Position numbers and translations under genes: made by a program. From an uncultured delta proteobacterium (GTDB lineage Bacteria; Desulfobacterota; Desulfomonilia; UBA1062), in the NCBI GenBank assembly GCA_963798485.1, contig CAWCTR010000014.1, positions 96,001-160,000 on the forward strand: a stretch of 64,000 bases of DNA, written 5' to 3'. Position 1 is the stretch's first letter; every line of letters begins with the position of its first letter. The notes beneath the pieces are model-generated. The model was not told the DNA's origin. It made no database searches and was given only the letters and a program-made list of their open reading frames with translations. Positions 51,649-61,097 of the stretch are shown piece after piece.

Positions 51649-52215
51649 TTACCCATTGAGCTTCTTCAGTAAACAGGCAATCTTCTGTCCCAGAGATCTT
51701 GCCTGTAGTATACCTTCCTCATCCTTTTCTACCTCACCTTTATCTCTGGCAACACTCATTGCACGACCAGCTATTATAAGGTCATTGCTAAGGAAAAAGT
51801 GATTCATGGTCTCTATAGTATGCATTCCTCCACTACGTCGAAAACAGACTACAGAAGCACCAACTTTATTCTGGTACATCTTCCCATTTGCCAACCCGAC
51901 AAAGCCAGCCCTGTCTACTAAAGCTTTCATCTCTGCTGTCACATCTTGAAAATAGGAAGGAGATCCCAGTATTATTCCCTGAGCTGCTCTTATCTTTTCG
52001 ATATATTCATTTGCAGCATCATTTTTTACGGAACACTGCTGGTCTTTATTCTCGAAGCACTTATAACAGGCAATACATCCGTGGATAGGCTTTGCTGAGA
52101 GTTGAACGAGTTCCGTTTCAATACCTTTATCTCCAATCTCTTGTAGAAGGTAGTTTATCAAAGTAGTTGTGTTCCCGTCTTTTCTTGGGCTCCCGTTAAA
52201 TGCTATGACCTTCAT
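51649..52215 (-). CDS. Iron-sulfur flavoprotein / NADPH-dependent FMN reductase family
   Basis: GSPRKDGNT, CIACYKC..C, GSPSYF. Confidence 0.88.
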   Translation of the reverse strand: MKVIAFNGSPRKDGNTTTLINYLLQEIGDKGIETELVQLSAKPIHGCIACYKCFENKDQQCSVKNDAANEYIEKIRAAQGIILGSPSYFQDVTAEMKALVDRAGFVGLANGKMYQNKVGASVVCFRRSGGMHTIETMNHFFLSNDLIIAGRAMSVARDKGEVEKDEEGILQARSLGQKIACLLKKLNG

Positions 52216-52313
52216 ATATGTTCTCCTTTCCCATACAAGGTACTATCGAATAGTATGAACAGCCATGGTTATTTAATCAAGGCATAAATAGAAAAGGCTA
52301 CAGGAGGAATGCT

Positions 52314-52895
52314 ATGAGCAGACTGCTTGAAATGGTGGATGAGAAAGCTCATCAAAGATCAATAACGGTAACAACATATAGAGCAGGAGTTGGCAAGGCT
52401 GTGGTTGAAGGTAGATTGGTGGATCATAGGTTGATGGAAAATTATCTGCTCACCGGAGAGAAAATCCCTGCTGGGGATATTCACAACATGATTGTAAGGC
52501 TCCTGATCGATACAACAAGCCTCATGATAGAGGATGTCGAAGTTGAAATGATTAAAGTGCCACGACAAGAGTGCACTGAACTTCATGACAGCCTTTCCGT
52601 AATCAAGGGGCTCCGGATATCCAAGGGATTCACTCAAAGGATAAAATCTCTCTTGGGTGGAACCAAGAGTTGCTCACACTTGAGAGAATTAGCAGAGGCA
52701 ATAGGTCCGGCTGTTATACAAGGTGTTTTCTCCATAAGAGCATCGAATGCTGCAGGATTTCGTGCTCTCATGGATGATCCACACATGAAAAAAGCCTTTT
52801 CAGATTCTCTTGCCAATTCTTGCTATGTATGGAGGGAGGATGGACCTGAGTTTAAGAAGGTCTTTGGTAATAATAACCGGCAGGGAGAAGCATGA
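52314..52895 (+). CDS. DUF2889-like protein
   Basis: HQRSI, IHNM..RL, P...C, GG..SCSHL.EL, NSCY.W. Confidence 0.7.
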   Translation: MSRLLEMVDEKAHQRSITVTTYRAGVGKAVVEGRLVDHRLMENYLLTGEKIPAGDIHNMIVRLLIDTTSLMIEDVEVEMIKVPRQECTELHDSLSVIKGLRISKGFTQRIKSLLGGTKSCSHLRELAEAIGPAVIQGVFSIRASNAAGFRALMDDPHMKKAFSDSLANSCYVWREDGPEFKKVFGNNNRQGEA

Positions 52896-53440
52896 TGGAT
52901 AATGATCGGTACTATGTGATGGGACAAATGGTTGAAGCCGTGGCATTACTTACTGCCTCTCCAAAGGTAAATACTCTCCTTCCTGAGATACGGAGCAACC
53001 TGGTAATGGCTACAAAGGATGCAGTAACACCAGAAGACATAGCAGGTATCCCAGGCAGACTCACGGCTGTATTTGGAAGGATCACAGCTCCGTCCTACCC
53101 AGCATGGGGAGCTTCAAAATATACTGCACTGATCCTGCTGGAGGTTCGGAAGATCAGGCCGGAGATCCGTGCTGCAATGGAAATCAAGTATGATCCCAAA
53201 CTAGTGCATTTAATGCAGAGCCACAATATCTCGATTGCAAGGCTTGATATTCGTGAGGGTGACAGCCTGGATGCCATTTTAAAAGAATGTATGCATGAAG
53301 GGATATTACCGGATCTCTTTTATACTGAAGGTGGTTTTGCCAGGGAAGGAGCCATCATCATAACAGGTATTGATGCAGTGACAGTAGCTAAGCTGGTTGT
53401 GCAGATTGCTGATTGGTCAGCCGAATCATGTCAGAGCTGA
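52892..53440 (+). CDS. ThiN-family (thiamine-phosphate synthase) domain protein
   Basis: LPEIRSNLVMA, AGIPGRL, WGAS, RAAMEIKY, GGFARE. Confidence 0.75.
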   Translation: MMDNDRYYVMGQMVEAVALLTASPKVNTLLPEIRSNLVMATKDAVTPEDIAGIPGRLTAVFGRITAPSYPAWGASKYTALILLEVRKIRPEIRAAMEIKYDPKLVHLMQSHNISIARLDIREGDSLDAILKECMHEGILPDLFYTEGGFAREGAIIITGIDAVTVAKLVVQIADWSAESCQS

Positions 53441-53654
53441 GCTGTTGATACAGAAACCATGCTTTATCACTGTGACTACATCTCTTTAAGAGTGCCATTA
53501 ACAACCGTGGTGGATGAGACTGACAAGATAGTCTGTAAGGTTTACCACGTCATAGACAGACCTGCTGATTGTAAAGACATGGTGATATTGATTTCATCCT
53601 GTCTCAACACATAATAATATTTGTGAGATTGTCCAATGAAGAAGGGGTAAGAAA

Positions 53655-54089
53655 GTGGCTACATCATATGAGATCTTCAAAGATATAGAACTGGTTGTCG
53701 TAACCTCCTCAGGTCCGGCAATCACTGAAGAAGTCATTGATATGCTTATCCGGTTGCAGGCTGATCCGGATTTTTCAATAACCTATAATGTTTTGTGGGA
53801 TAGCAGAGAGAGAACTATTCCTTTCACTTCAGATGAGATCAGGAACTTGGTGTCCTATGTCCACCGTTACAAGGGAGATAAGATACCCAAACCTAAACGA
53901 GCATTTTTGGTTTCCAAAGATGTGGTCTTCGGCATGCTACGGGTGTATGAGAGCTATCGTTCTGGCATAAGTCATGCTGATATTCAGATTTTCAGAGATA
54001 GGGATGAAGCACTGAAGTGGTTGGGAGTTCATGATTATCCACTATTCTGTACTAACAACAGCTCTGGTAATGATGAAGAAAGTAAATAG
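53655..54089 (+). CDS. STAS/SEC14-like (SpoIIAA-like) hypothetical protein
   Basis: LWDSR, KRAFLV...FGMLRVY, IFRDRDEALKWL. Confidence 0.6.
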   Translation: MATSYEIFKDIELVVVTSSGPAITEEVIDMLIRLQADPDFSITYNVLWDSRERTIPFTSDEIRNLVSYVHRYKGDKIPKPKRAFLVSKDVVFGMLRVYESYRSGISHADIQIFRDRDEALKWLGVHDYPLFCTNNSSGNDEESK

Positions 54090-54138
54090 TCCATTCTTCC
54101 AATATAGAGCTATGTCTTCGATTATCTAGGGTGGTGAA

Positions 54139-54549
54139 GTGGTAAAAGCCCTAGTAGTTATTGGAATATTCATCTCATTCCTTACTGCTACTATCCCTCT
54201 CTATGCCAATAAATATCAGCCTCTTCAAGAGAAGTGCACTGAACAGGCTAAGAAATTTGTTGAGCATCTTGATACTCCTACTACATATACTTGCCACTAC
54301 AATAAGAGACTGAAGAAGTGTTTCTTGTGCGTCCAGTTTAACATTGATCGGATAAAATTGAGAGGAGGAAAGACCAGGGTTCTTAAGCACCCTCAGAGGA
54401 TGGTGGTTCTCTATGATGTGCCGAAAGGTAAAATGATCGGCAATTGTACTTATGTAGGGATAGATAAGCAGGAGTGTTGGGTTAGAAAGACAAAATGCAA
54501 AACTAAGGATGAATTTGAAAAACTTATACGTCCATATATGGAAGAGTAG
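54139..54549 (+). CDS. Secreted Cys-rich hypothetical protein
   Basis: Signal peptide, seven Cys, HYNKRLKKCF. Confidence 0.6.
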   Translation: MVKALVVIGIFISFLTATIPLYANKYQPLQEKCTEQAKKFVEHLDTPTTYTCHYNKRLKKCFLCVQFNIDRIKLRGGKTRVLKHPQRMVVLYDVPKGKMIGNCTYVGIDKQECWVRKTKCKTKDEFEKLIRPYMEE

Positions 54550-54688
54550 TTGTAGGTGTAGCTGGAGGAGAACATTCTATTCTTTTTAGTTCTATTTCAA
54601 AGCTACTACAACTCAACCCTGGATGGTCGGTAAATATGCATGGGTACTGATCATCTCAGGTGGGCTAGATCAGGACTGATATCAATTT

Positions 54689-55006
54689 CTATTTGTTATC
54701 TGTATCCTCATGCTCTTCCAGGACAATGTCATCAACATCCACAGTATATTCGGCATCAACTTCACTAACAACCTCGATCACATCAGTCCTCTCTTCCTGA
54801 GCAAATATGACTGGTTCTGTCTTACCAAAGTAGGCTGATCGTCTCCTTCTCTTCCTTTTGTGAGTCCCCTTTGCCTCATCATCGTTCTGATTGACACCAC
54901 AGGAGGGGCAAAGTGGTTCTGGTCTGCCTAAGTCATAAAACTTAGTCCCACACTTATAACACTTGTATCGTGTACCGAGATCCACCGGAGTAATATCCTT
55001 CTTCAA
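54689..55006 (-). CDS. FYDLN-acid domain protein (zinc ribbon with acidic tail)
   Basis: DLGTRYKCYKCGTKFYDL...CPSCG and an acidic C-terminus. Confidence 0.85.
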   Translation of the reverse strand: MKKDITPVDLGTRYKCYKCGTKFYDLGRPEPLCPSCGVNQNDDEAKGTHKRKRRRRSAYFGKTEPVIFAQEERTDVIEVVSEVDAEYTVDVDDIVLEEHEDTDNK

Positions 55007-55075
55007 AAGACAGGGGCATGCAACCTAAACCAGCACACCCCTGTCAGATCAGGCCGAAGCTATTATAGATAACTT

Positions 55076-55594
55076 TTACTGTTCTTTAGGTTCATGCCGG
55101 AAATCTTTGCCATGTTGTGAATGCTGTTTTCCCCTCATCTCGTGGAACTTAACCATGAGCTGGTGGGAACGATCCGATCCGAGGATCCTTTTTATACCAA
55201 GTATATATTTGATATGTTCATCCGAAATCTTCAGCTTGTCTTCTGAAACCACCTTGTTCTGGGCAAGCACAGATGCCTCATCAACGGTATCTTTCTCAAG
55301 CATATCATGCAGTTTGAATCGGTCTTTCATGAGAGAGCTTTTGAGATCAATAAGTGTATCACGGTTATTTACGAACAGATTATCCAATGACTGCTTCTCT
55401 CCGGCAGTAAGCTTGAGTTCCTTGGACAGCTCTGGAGACTGCCACCACTTGAAGTTGTGCATGCCTTGGTGCATGCAGTGATGCATTTCCATTGCCTGGG
55501 CTTGCATTGTTCCAAAAAGAATGATCATTGCTGAGCAGACAAGCATTTTGAAGAGCTGTATTTTCCTCTGACCTAAATCCAATTGGCTTTTCAT
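55076..55594 (-). CDS. Spy/CpxP-like periplasmic protein
   Basis: Signal peptide, Met/His-rich start, KWW...ELKLT, helical. Start moved to ATG 55594 (GGAGG RBS). Confidence 0.7.
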   Translation of the reverse strand: MKSQLDLGQRKIQLFKMLVCSAMIILFGTMQAQAMEMHHCMHQGMHNFKWWQSPELSKELKLTAGEKQSLDNLFVNNRDTLIDLKSSLMKDRFKLHDMLEKDTVDEASVLAQNKVVSEDKLKISDEHIKYILGIKRILGSDRSHQLMVKFHEMRGKQHSQHGKDFRHEPKEQ

Positions 55595-55726
55595 AGTTCC
55601 TCCATAGTCATTTTCTAATTTCTTAAGACGTATAGAACATCGATGTTGTCTACATCTGGCATGGTGAGATGCTATGCCCAAGGATTGAGCAGTCACATTA
55701 AAGGTGGAGAGAGGTAAGGTATTAGA

Positions 55727-56258
55727 TTAGAACGATATCCACAGCACCAGATCATTATCTCTGACTGTAATACTTTTTAAGATCAGTCGGGCAAGGTTTT
55801 GTTTGTAGTCATCCTGCTTTAATTTATAGATCGGGTAATCTTCAAATATGTTTTTTACTACCAATGAGATAATACCCATAGCTTTGTCATTTTCGGAGAT
55901 AGTCTCATTGTTCATGGTCAGTTGAACTATTTCAAAATCACTCAGATAAAAGGATGTTTTTCCCGGTTTATAAACAGGCTTACACATGAATGCAATGTTC
56001 CCATTAATCTTTCTCAGAAGAAGAGAACCAGTATATTGGGCTGAGATACCGATACTATTACCCTGAAAAAAGACATTGGGTGAGAAAAACTTAATGGTTG
56101 CTGCAAGTGGCTTCTTCTCAAACTTTTTTCTCAAGAGGGAACTTCTTTTCGGTCATCTGTTGTAAGGTTGCCAGTGGTATAATGATTTCTTTCTCAAGAC
56201 CCAGGCATCCTGTGAATACAACCAACAAAACTAACATAGGTATAATCATTTTCTTCAT
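55727..56258 (-). pseudogene. DUF1439-like lipoprotein with +1 frameshift
   Basis: Lipobox VFTGC, LQQMTEKKFPLEK. One extra A in the run at 56124-56129 splits it from FEKKPL...PIYKL...LKSITV. Confidence 0.75.
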
Positions 56259-56425
56259 AAATATCCTCAGACAGGCAGTCACTCTATTGACGTAGTAGAC
56301 ATCATATACCATAGGTTTTTATGCAATAAACTTTGAAATAATAGGCCATAGATGATCCCGTATTATCTTCTCTACATAGCATTTAGGATTGTCACCAACA
56401 ACACTGTGGAGGTAAGTAATCAGTA

Positions 56426-57571
56426 ATGCCATTCTTCCTACTCACAGTCCTCAGCATTTATAGTGCAGTTCATGTATATACCTTCTTCAAGGTAAAGGCT
56501 GCTTTCCCCTTCGGACTCAGAAAAGGTATTCTCCTGGGTATCCTCTTTGCTTTCATGGAGTGCTCCCTAATTCTTATCCGAATTTTGGTCAGGTATGGTT
56601 ATGATTCTCCAGCCAGGGTGTTAGCTTACATAGGCTATTGTTGGATGGGTGTTCTTTTTCTCTTCTTTACGTTATCTATCCTGACAGATCTTTATTGCTT
56701 ATCATTGAAAGTTATCAGCCTGGTCTTTCATAAAGATATGACCTCTCTCATACCTTCGGCAAAGCAGATACTTCTGATACCCCTTTTCCTTGGTCTCTCC
56801 TTTTCCCTCTATGGATACTTCGAAGCCCTGAACATACGACCAGTACACATAACTATCAGATCACCCAAAATCCCAGAAGCTGTTGGTCATATTCGGATTG
56901 CCCAGATCTCTGATGTCCATATGGGTCTTATTGTCCAGGAAGACAGGATAAGAAAAATGATCAAAGTGATACAGGAGGCTCACCCTGATATCCTCATATC
57001 CACTGGGGACTTTGTGGATGGACAAATGGATAATCTTGCTGGCTTTGCAGATCTGTTTAAAGAGATCAAGACACGATATGGGAAATATGCAATCACAGGG
57101 AATCATGAATTTCATGCTGGTATAGCTGAGGGTATTGAGATTAACAGAAGAGCAGGGTTTACTATGCTAAGAGGTCAGGCTGTGACAGTTGCTGGCCTTA
57201 TCAATATAGCTGGTGTTGACTATTCCTTCGGAAGACATAGTGGTATATCTGAGAAGAACATACTTTCAAAACTCCCATTGGATAAGTTCACGATTCTTCT
57301 CAAGCATGCTCCTGTTGTGGATCAGAGTGCCCTGGGTTTATATGACCTTCAACTTTCAGGGCATACCCATGGGGGACAGATCTTCCCCTTCCGGCTTATC
57401 ATTAGGATTTTTACTCCCTATGTCATGGGATGGTACAATCTTCCTTATGGATCTCACCTGTACGTTAGTAAGGGAACAGGGACTTGGGGTGCTCCAATAC
57501 GGTTCCTTTCACCACCGGAGGTCACTGTGATTGATCTTATTCATGGCAACCAACTTCGACCCAACACTTAA
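56426..57571 (+). CDS. Membrane-anchored metallophosphoesterase (YkuE-like)
   Basis: N-terminal TM helices; SDVH, TGDFVD, GNHE, LKH, SGHTHGGQ. Confidence 0.9.
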   Translation: MPFFLLTVLSIYSAVHVYTFFKVKAAFPFGLRKGILLGILFAFMECSLILIRILVRYGYDSPARVLAYIGYCWMGVLFLFFTLSILTDLYCLSLKVISLVFHKDMTSLIPSAKQILLIPLFLGLSFSLYGYFEALNIRPVHITIRSPKIPEAVGHIRIAQISDVHMGLIVQEDRIRKMIKVIQEAHPDILISTGDFVDGQMDNLAGFADLFKEIKTRYGKYAITGNHEFHAGIAEGIEINRRAGFTMLRGQAVTVAGLINIAGVDYSFGRHSGISEKNILSKLPLDKFTILLKHAPVVDQSALGLYDLQLSGHTHGGQIFPFRLIIRIFTPYVMGWYNLPYGSHLYVSKGTGTWGAPIRFLSPPEVTVIDLIHGNQLRPNT

Positions 57572-58122
57572 TCAATGTAGTCCACTGATCCCTTCCTATT
57601 ACGTTCATTAGAAGTATATTTGTTCTCAGCTGCTGCATAACCAATGGCGACAGCACACTTAAGCCCATAGCCGTCAGGGATACCTGCCTCTTTTGAAAGG
57701 TCACTGTTGCTCTCACCATTCAATGCCAGTGTCGGACTGACAAGGAAGCATGATCCAAACCCCAGAGCAGTAGCTTCCAGGAGCATGTTTTGTGCAGCAA
57801 GAGCTGCATTAACTGCTCCATATGGAGAATTATCAGGAGCTGAGAGCAGGATCAACATTGGTGCTCCATACAGAGGCTGATATCCTGGCAGAGCTGCTCT
57901 CTGTTGTAGGAATTCAAGGCTAGAATGCACCATTGCATCGAGTGTCCGATCATTTATCTTTTTACGAAGCTCTGCATTGCGGATGATGGAGATCTGAAAT
58001 GGTCCGGCATTCGGAGCCCACCGACCAGCTTCGATTATCTTCTCCAGATCATCAGCAGGAACTGGTTTATCCAAGTATGCTCTGATACTTTTCCTCTTTA
58101 ATATTGCCTCTGTGATATTCAT
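57568..58122 (-). CDS. Nitroreductase family protein
   Basis: RKSIRAY, AGRWAP, AAQNMLL.A..LGFGSC, AIGY. Confidence 0.9.
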   Translation of the reverse strand: MNITEAILKRKSIRAYLDKPVPADDLEKIIEAGRWAPNAGPFQISIIRNAELRKKINDRTLDAMVHSSLEFLQQRAALPGYQPLYGAPMLILLSAPDNSPYGAVNAALAAQNMLLEATALGFGSCFLVSPTLALNGESNSDLSKEAGIPDGYGLKCAVAIGYAAAENKYTSNERNRKGSVDYID

Positions 58123-58206
58123 TCTCGTTCTCCCTCTTGGTCATCAGTTCTGCACAACAATAGTACTCACCTTAGGTATAGGCAAAGCATTTGGAGGTAC
58201 ATTATC

Positions 58207-58950
58207 TCATATGTGATGATTGAATGTTTTCCGTCCTCCAAACAGAGCCAACTCAAAGACCTTGAAGAAACAATCCACATCTTGAAAGCCTATGTCACGA
58301 AGCCATTGACACTGTGTTTCAACGGGGGCAAGAATATTTTCTAGCTTGTCAGGCCGATAATAGTATACCTCTTCGATCTCCTTCCTTGTTTAACTTGGGC
58401 TGGCATTGCTGTGGAATTGCATGAGGTGATCAACAAAGAAGCTGTCAAAAAGCTTACTTACTGAAGGGGTTGTTGGACTAACATGATCAAGGTTTAAGAA
58501 AAGGCCATCTTCATTGAGAAGTCCATAGATCTCGGCATACAACTCCCTCTTTCTATCATCTGGTTGATGATGGATGGCAAATCCCGATACAATAATATCA
58601 AAAGGCTTTTCTAGTTCAATCCCATTAGTCCAAGCCGATGTTGCAAAATCTATATTGATGACCGTTGCATGTTTATTAATACCGATCTGGTTATGTAACT
58701 TATCCAGCATAGGTTCGGAAAAATCAGCAAAGATCACATGAACTGTGGGGTGCTCATCAAGTAGCATTCGACCAAGAATTCCATCTCCACACCCCAGGTC
58801 TAAAATCTTGGATGGCAGAGGGCACCACTCACTTACAATCTTACTGATTACTTCCAGCTGGAAGTCTGCTACAGGAATAGCTCCTCTAACCCCTTCTAAG
58901 AAGGTCCGTGCACTCTCCTTGGTTTGCCATTTACTGTGATATTCATTCAT
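58207..58950 (-). pseudogene. Class I SAM methyltransferase with internal TAA stop
   Basis: LDLGCGDG, SGFAIHH. After TAA at 58392-58390 the same frame continues TRKEIEEVYYYRPDK...WLRDIGFQDVDCFFK..ELALFGG to TGA at 58207. Confidence 0.85.
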
Positions 58951-59064
58951 TCCTATTCCTCAAACTGGTCTGATTAAAACTCAACTTAAGTTTCATCATA
59001 ATAATGACGAACTATGTATAGATATAGGATAACCTCGGTTCTCAATAAAGCCCATAAGGAGGGG

Positions 59065-59493
59065 ATGATGTCAACAGTGTCAGGAATCTCATCTGTGAAC
59101 TATCAGTACCAGACTAATACACAAAACACCTTCAAGCAGGACTTTCAGGCTCTGAGCAATGCCCTTCAATCCGGTAATTTATCAGCTGCCCAGTCAGCAT
59201 TCTCAGCACTTCAGACAGCTATGCAGGGTAATCAGTCAAACGGAACACAGCAGCAAAGTCAGAACAGTACATTAACCACCGACTTCAACAACCTTGCAAG
59301 TGCTCTGCAATCAGGTAATTTAGCAAGTGCCCAGTCAGCATTTGCCACTCTGCAACAGGCCATGCAGCAGGTTCAGCAGGGTCAGGGTCATCATCATCAC
59401 CATCATCACCAAACCGATAGTACAACTGCTTCAACCGATCAGACTAGTGGAACGACTAGTATGACTGGTACCACCGTCAATGTTACAACCTGA
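59065..59493 (+). CDS. Gln/Ser/Thr-rich protein with duplicated helical motif and His7 tract
   Basis: AAGGAGG RBS; F..L..ALQSGNL..AQSAF..LQ occurs twice; GHHHHHHH. Confidence 0.7.
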   Translation: MMSTVSGISSVNYQYQTNTQNTFKQDFQALSNALQSGNLSAAQSAFSALQTAMQGNQSNGTQQQSQNSTLTTDFNNLASALQSGNLASAQSAFATLQQAMQQVQQGQGHHHHHHHQTDSTTASTDQTSGTTSMTGTTVNVTT

Positions 59494-59569
59494 GGGAGAA
59501 TCGGAAGATCAGTTATCAGTAATGATAGAGATTTATAAGGATTGAGTGATCCATCTATCTCCCTGTTTG

Positions 59570-60166
59570 TCATTCTCTTTTAGCTATTAAAATGTCTTGA
59601 TCGAGGTCTTGTAAGAATGCCCAGAGCATATTGACCCAAACCTGATATGTCACAATATTAGGAGAGTGGGTTTTTGTCAGAGGTAGAAGGAAAAGATGAT
59701 ACCATGTAACAATATAATTGTTGTACTGATACTGCTTTATGACCTTGTCACCCTTCTTGACATCAATAGTGAGAGTGAAATTATCTGTTGACCTAACAGG
59801 AATGAGTCCTAAGGATAGACCCAAGATTATTCCACATATAGCTGCTGAATCCTCATCACCATCATTTCTCATGATAATAGAAAAGTGATAATCCGATTTG
59901 CCGTTTCCTACATTATATTTCGAGAAAAGATTGCTTTGGGCAAAGATACTGTTGATCTCTCCCTGGAACACAGGTAATACCATTGAATTATCTCGGTTAT
60001 TCCATAAGTACTTTACATCATAATCAATGGATGGTTTTGTTTCCGGCGGCTTAACTTGATAGGATTTAGGAAAGTCATGGCCCAGAAAGCTTGCACATCC
60101 TGAGAAGGAGGAACAAATAAATAAAAGAATTAGACACCGTACACTAAGAAATAAATCAGATTTCAT
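59570..60166 (-). CDS. Hypothetical lipoprotein (paralogue 1)
   Basis: Lipobox FSGC; internal hydrophobic helix. Confidence 0.7.
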   Translation of the reverse strand: MKSDLFLSVRCLILLFICSSFSGCASFLGHDFPKSYQVKPPETKPSIDYDVKYLWNNRDNSMVLPVFQGEINSIFAQSNLFSKYNVGNGKSDYHFSIIMRNDGDEDSAAICGIILGLSLGLIPVRSTDNFTLTIDVKKGDKVIKQYQYNNYIVTWYHLFLLPLTKTHSPNIVTYQVWVNMLWAFLQDLDQDILIAKRE

Positions 60167-60180
60167 AAACTACCTCCATG

Positions 60181-60801
60181 CTAAGGCTGACGTGTATGCT
60201 CAAGAGCAACATCCTTTCGGAAATCATGTAGGAATGCCATGAACATCTGATTCATTACCTGTCTATCTGCATCAACTGGAAAATGTGAAGGAGTCAGAAC
60301 AACGAGAAATAGATCTAGCCAAACTGTAACATAATCCTTATACTCATATTGTTTTAAGAACTGATCACCCTTACTAACATCAACATTAAGAGTATAGTCT
60401 TCCTCGATATATGCTGGAAGAATTGTCCCAGTAATTACGTATAGGATTAAAAGAGACATGGAAAAATGCTGCCTTATATCAAACGAAAAAGAGAAGTGGT
60501 AATCTGCAGTTCCTATACCAGAACTGAATTTTGAGAAGCAATTGTTCTGGGCAAAACTCTTATTGATATATTCTTCGAATGACTTCTCTCTGGTGGCACC
60601 TTGGTATTGACTCCCCTCCACGACTAATGATTTGATATCAAAGTCAATTGATGGTTTATTTGGCATTGGCTGGAATTGCTCATTGGTATAATTAGGGAAA
60701 TCTTTATTTATAAAGCTGGCACAGCCTGACACTGATAAAGACAATGCAAAATACAAAATAACATATCGGAAACCGATGTCATTTAAACAATTCAAATTCA
60801 T
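60181..60801 (-). CDS. Hypothetical lipoprotein (paralogue 2)
   Basis: Lipobox VSGC; shares SGCASF, KPSID.D.K and KQY.Y..Y...W with its neighbour. Confidence 0.7.
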   Translation of the reverse strand: MNLNCLNDIGFRYVILYFALSLSVSGCASFINKDFPNYTNEQFQPMPNKPSIDFDIKSLVVEGSQYQGATREKSFEEYINKSFAQNNCFSKFSSGIGTADYHFSFSFDIRQHFSMSLLILYVITGTILPAYIEEDYTLNVDVSKGDQFLKQYEYKDYVTVWLDLFLVVLTPSHFPVDADRQVMNQMFMAFLHDFRKDVALEHTRQP

Positions 60802-61097
60802 TCACCCTGTTCTTTATAAGAGCACATTAGGCCAATTGCAAAACTACTTCAAGGTAATTCTGTCGAATTTTGGTGTCCAGTGATATAAGTAAGCCATACA
60901 AGTTGTATGAAGCATTAAAATCCGTGCAGAATACCCTATCCATGATAAAATAAGACGCATCTATGGTTGTTTCTCGTATATATAATGAATATGAACGATA
61001 ATCATATCTGTAAACGTATAACGTTAATGCTTTACTAACATTTGACGATAATATATATTAATAGGGTTTTCATTAAAATATAAGAAGAAGGTAGAAC

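Noticed and set aside
53441-59570. Integron cassette array
   Set aside because: Genes are in mixed orientation, I found no recurring RYYYAAC...GTTRRRY attC sites, and there is no IntI.
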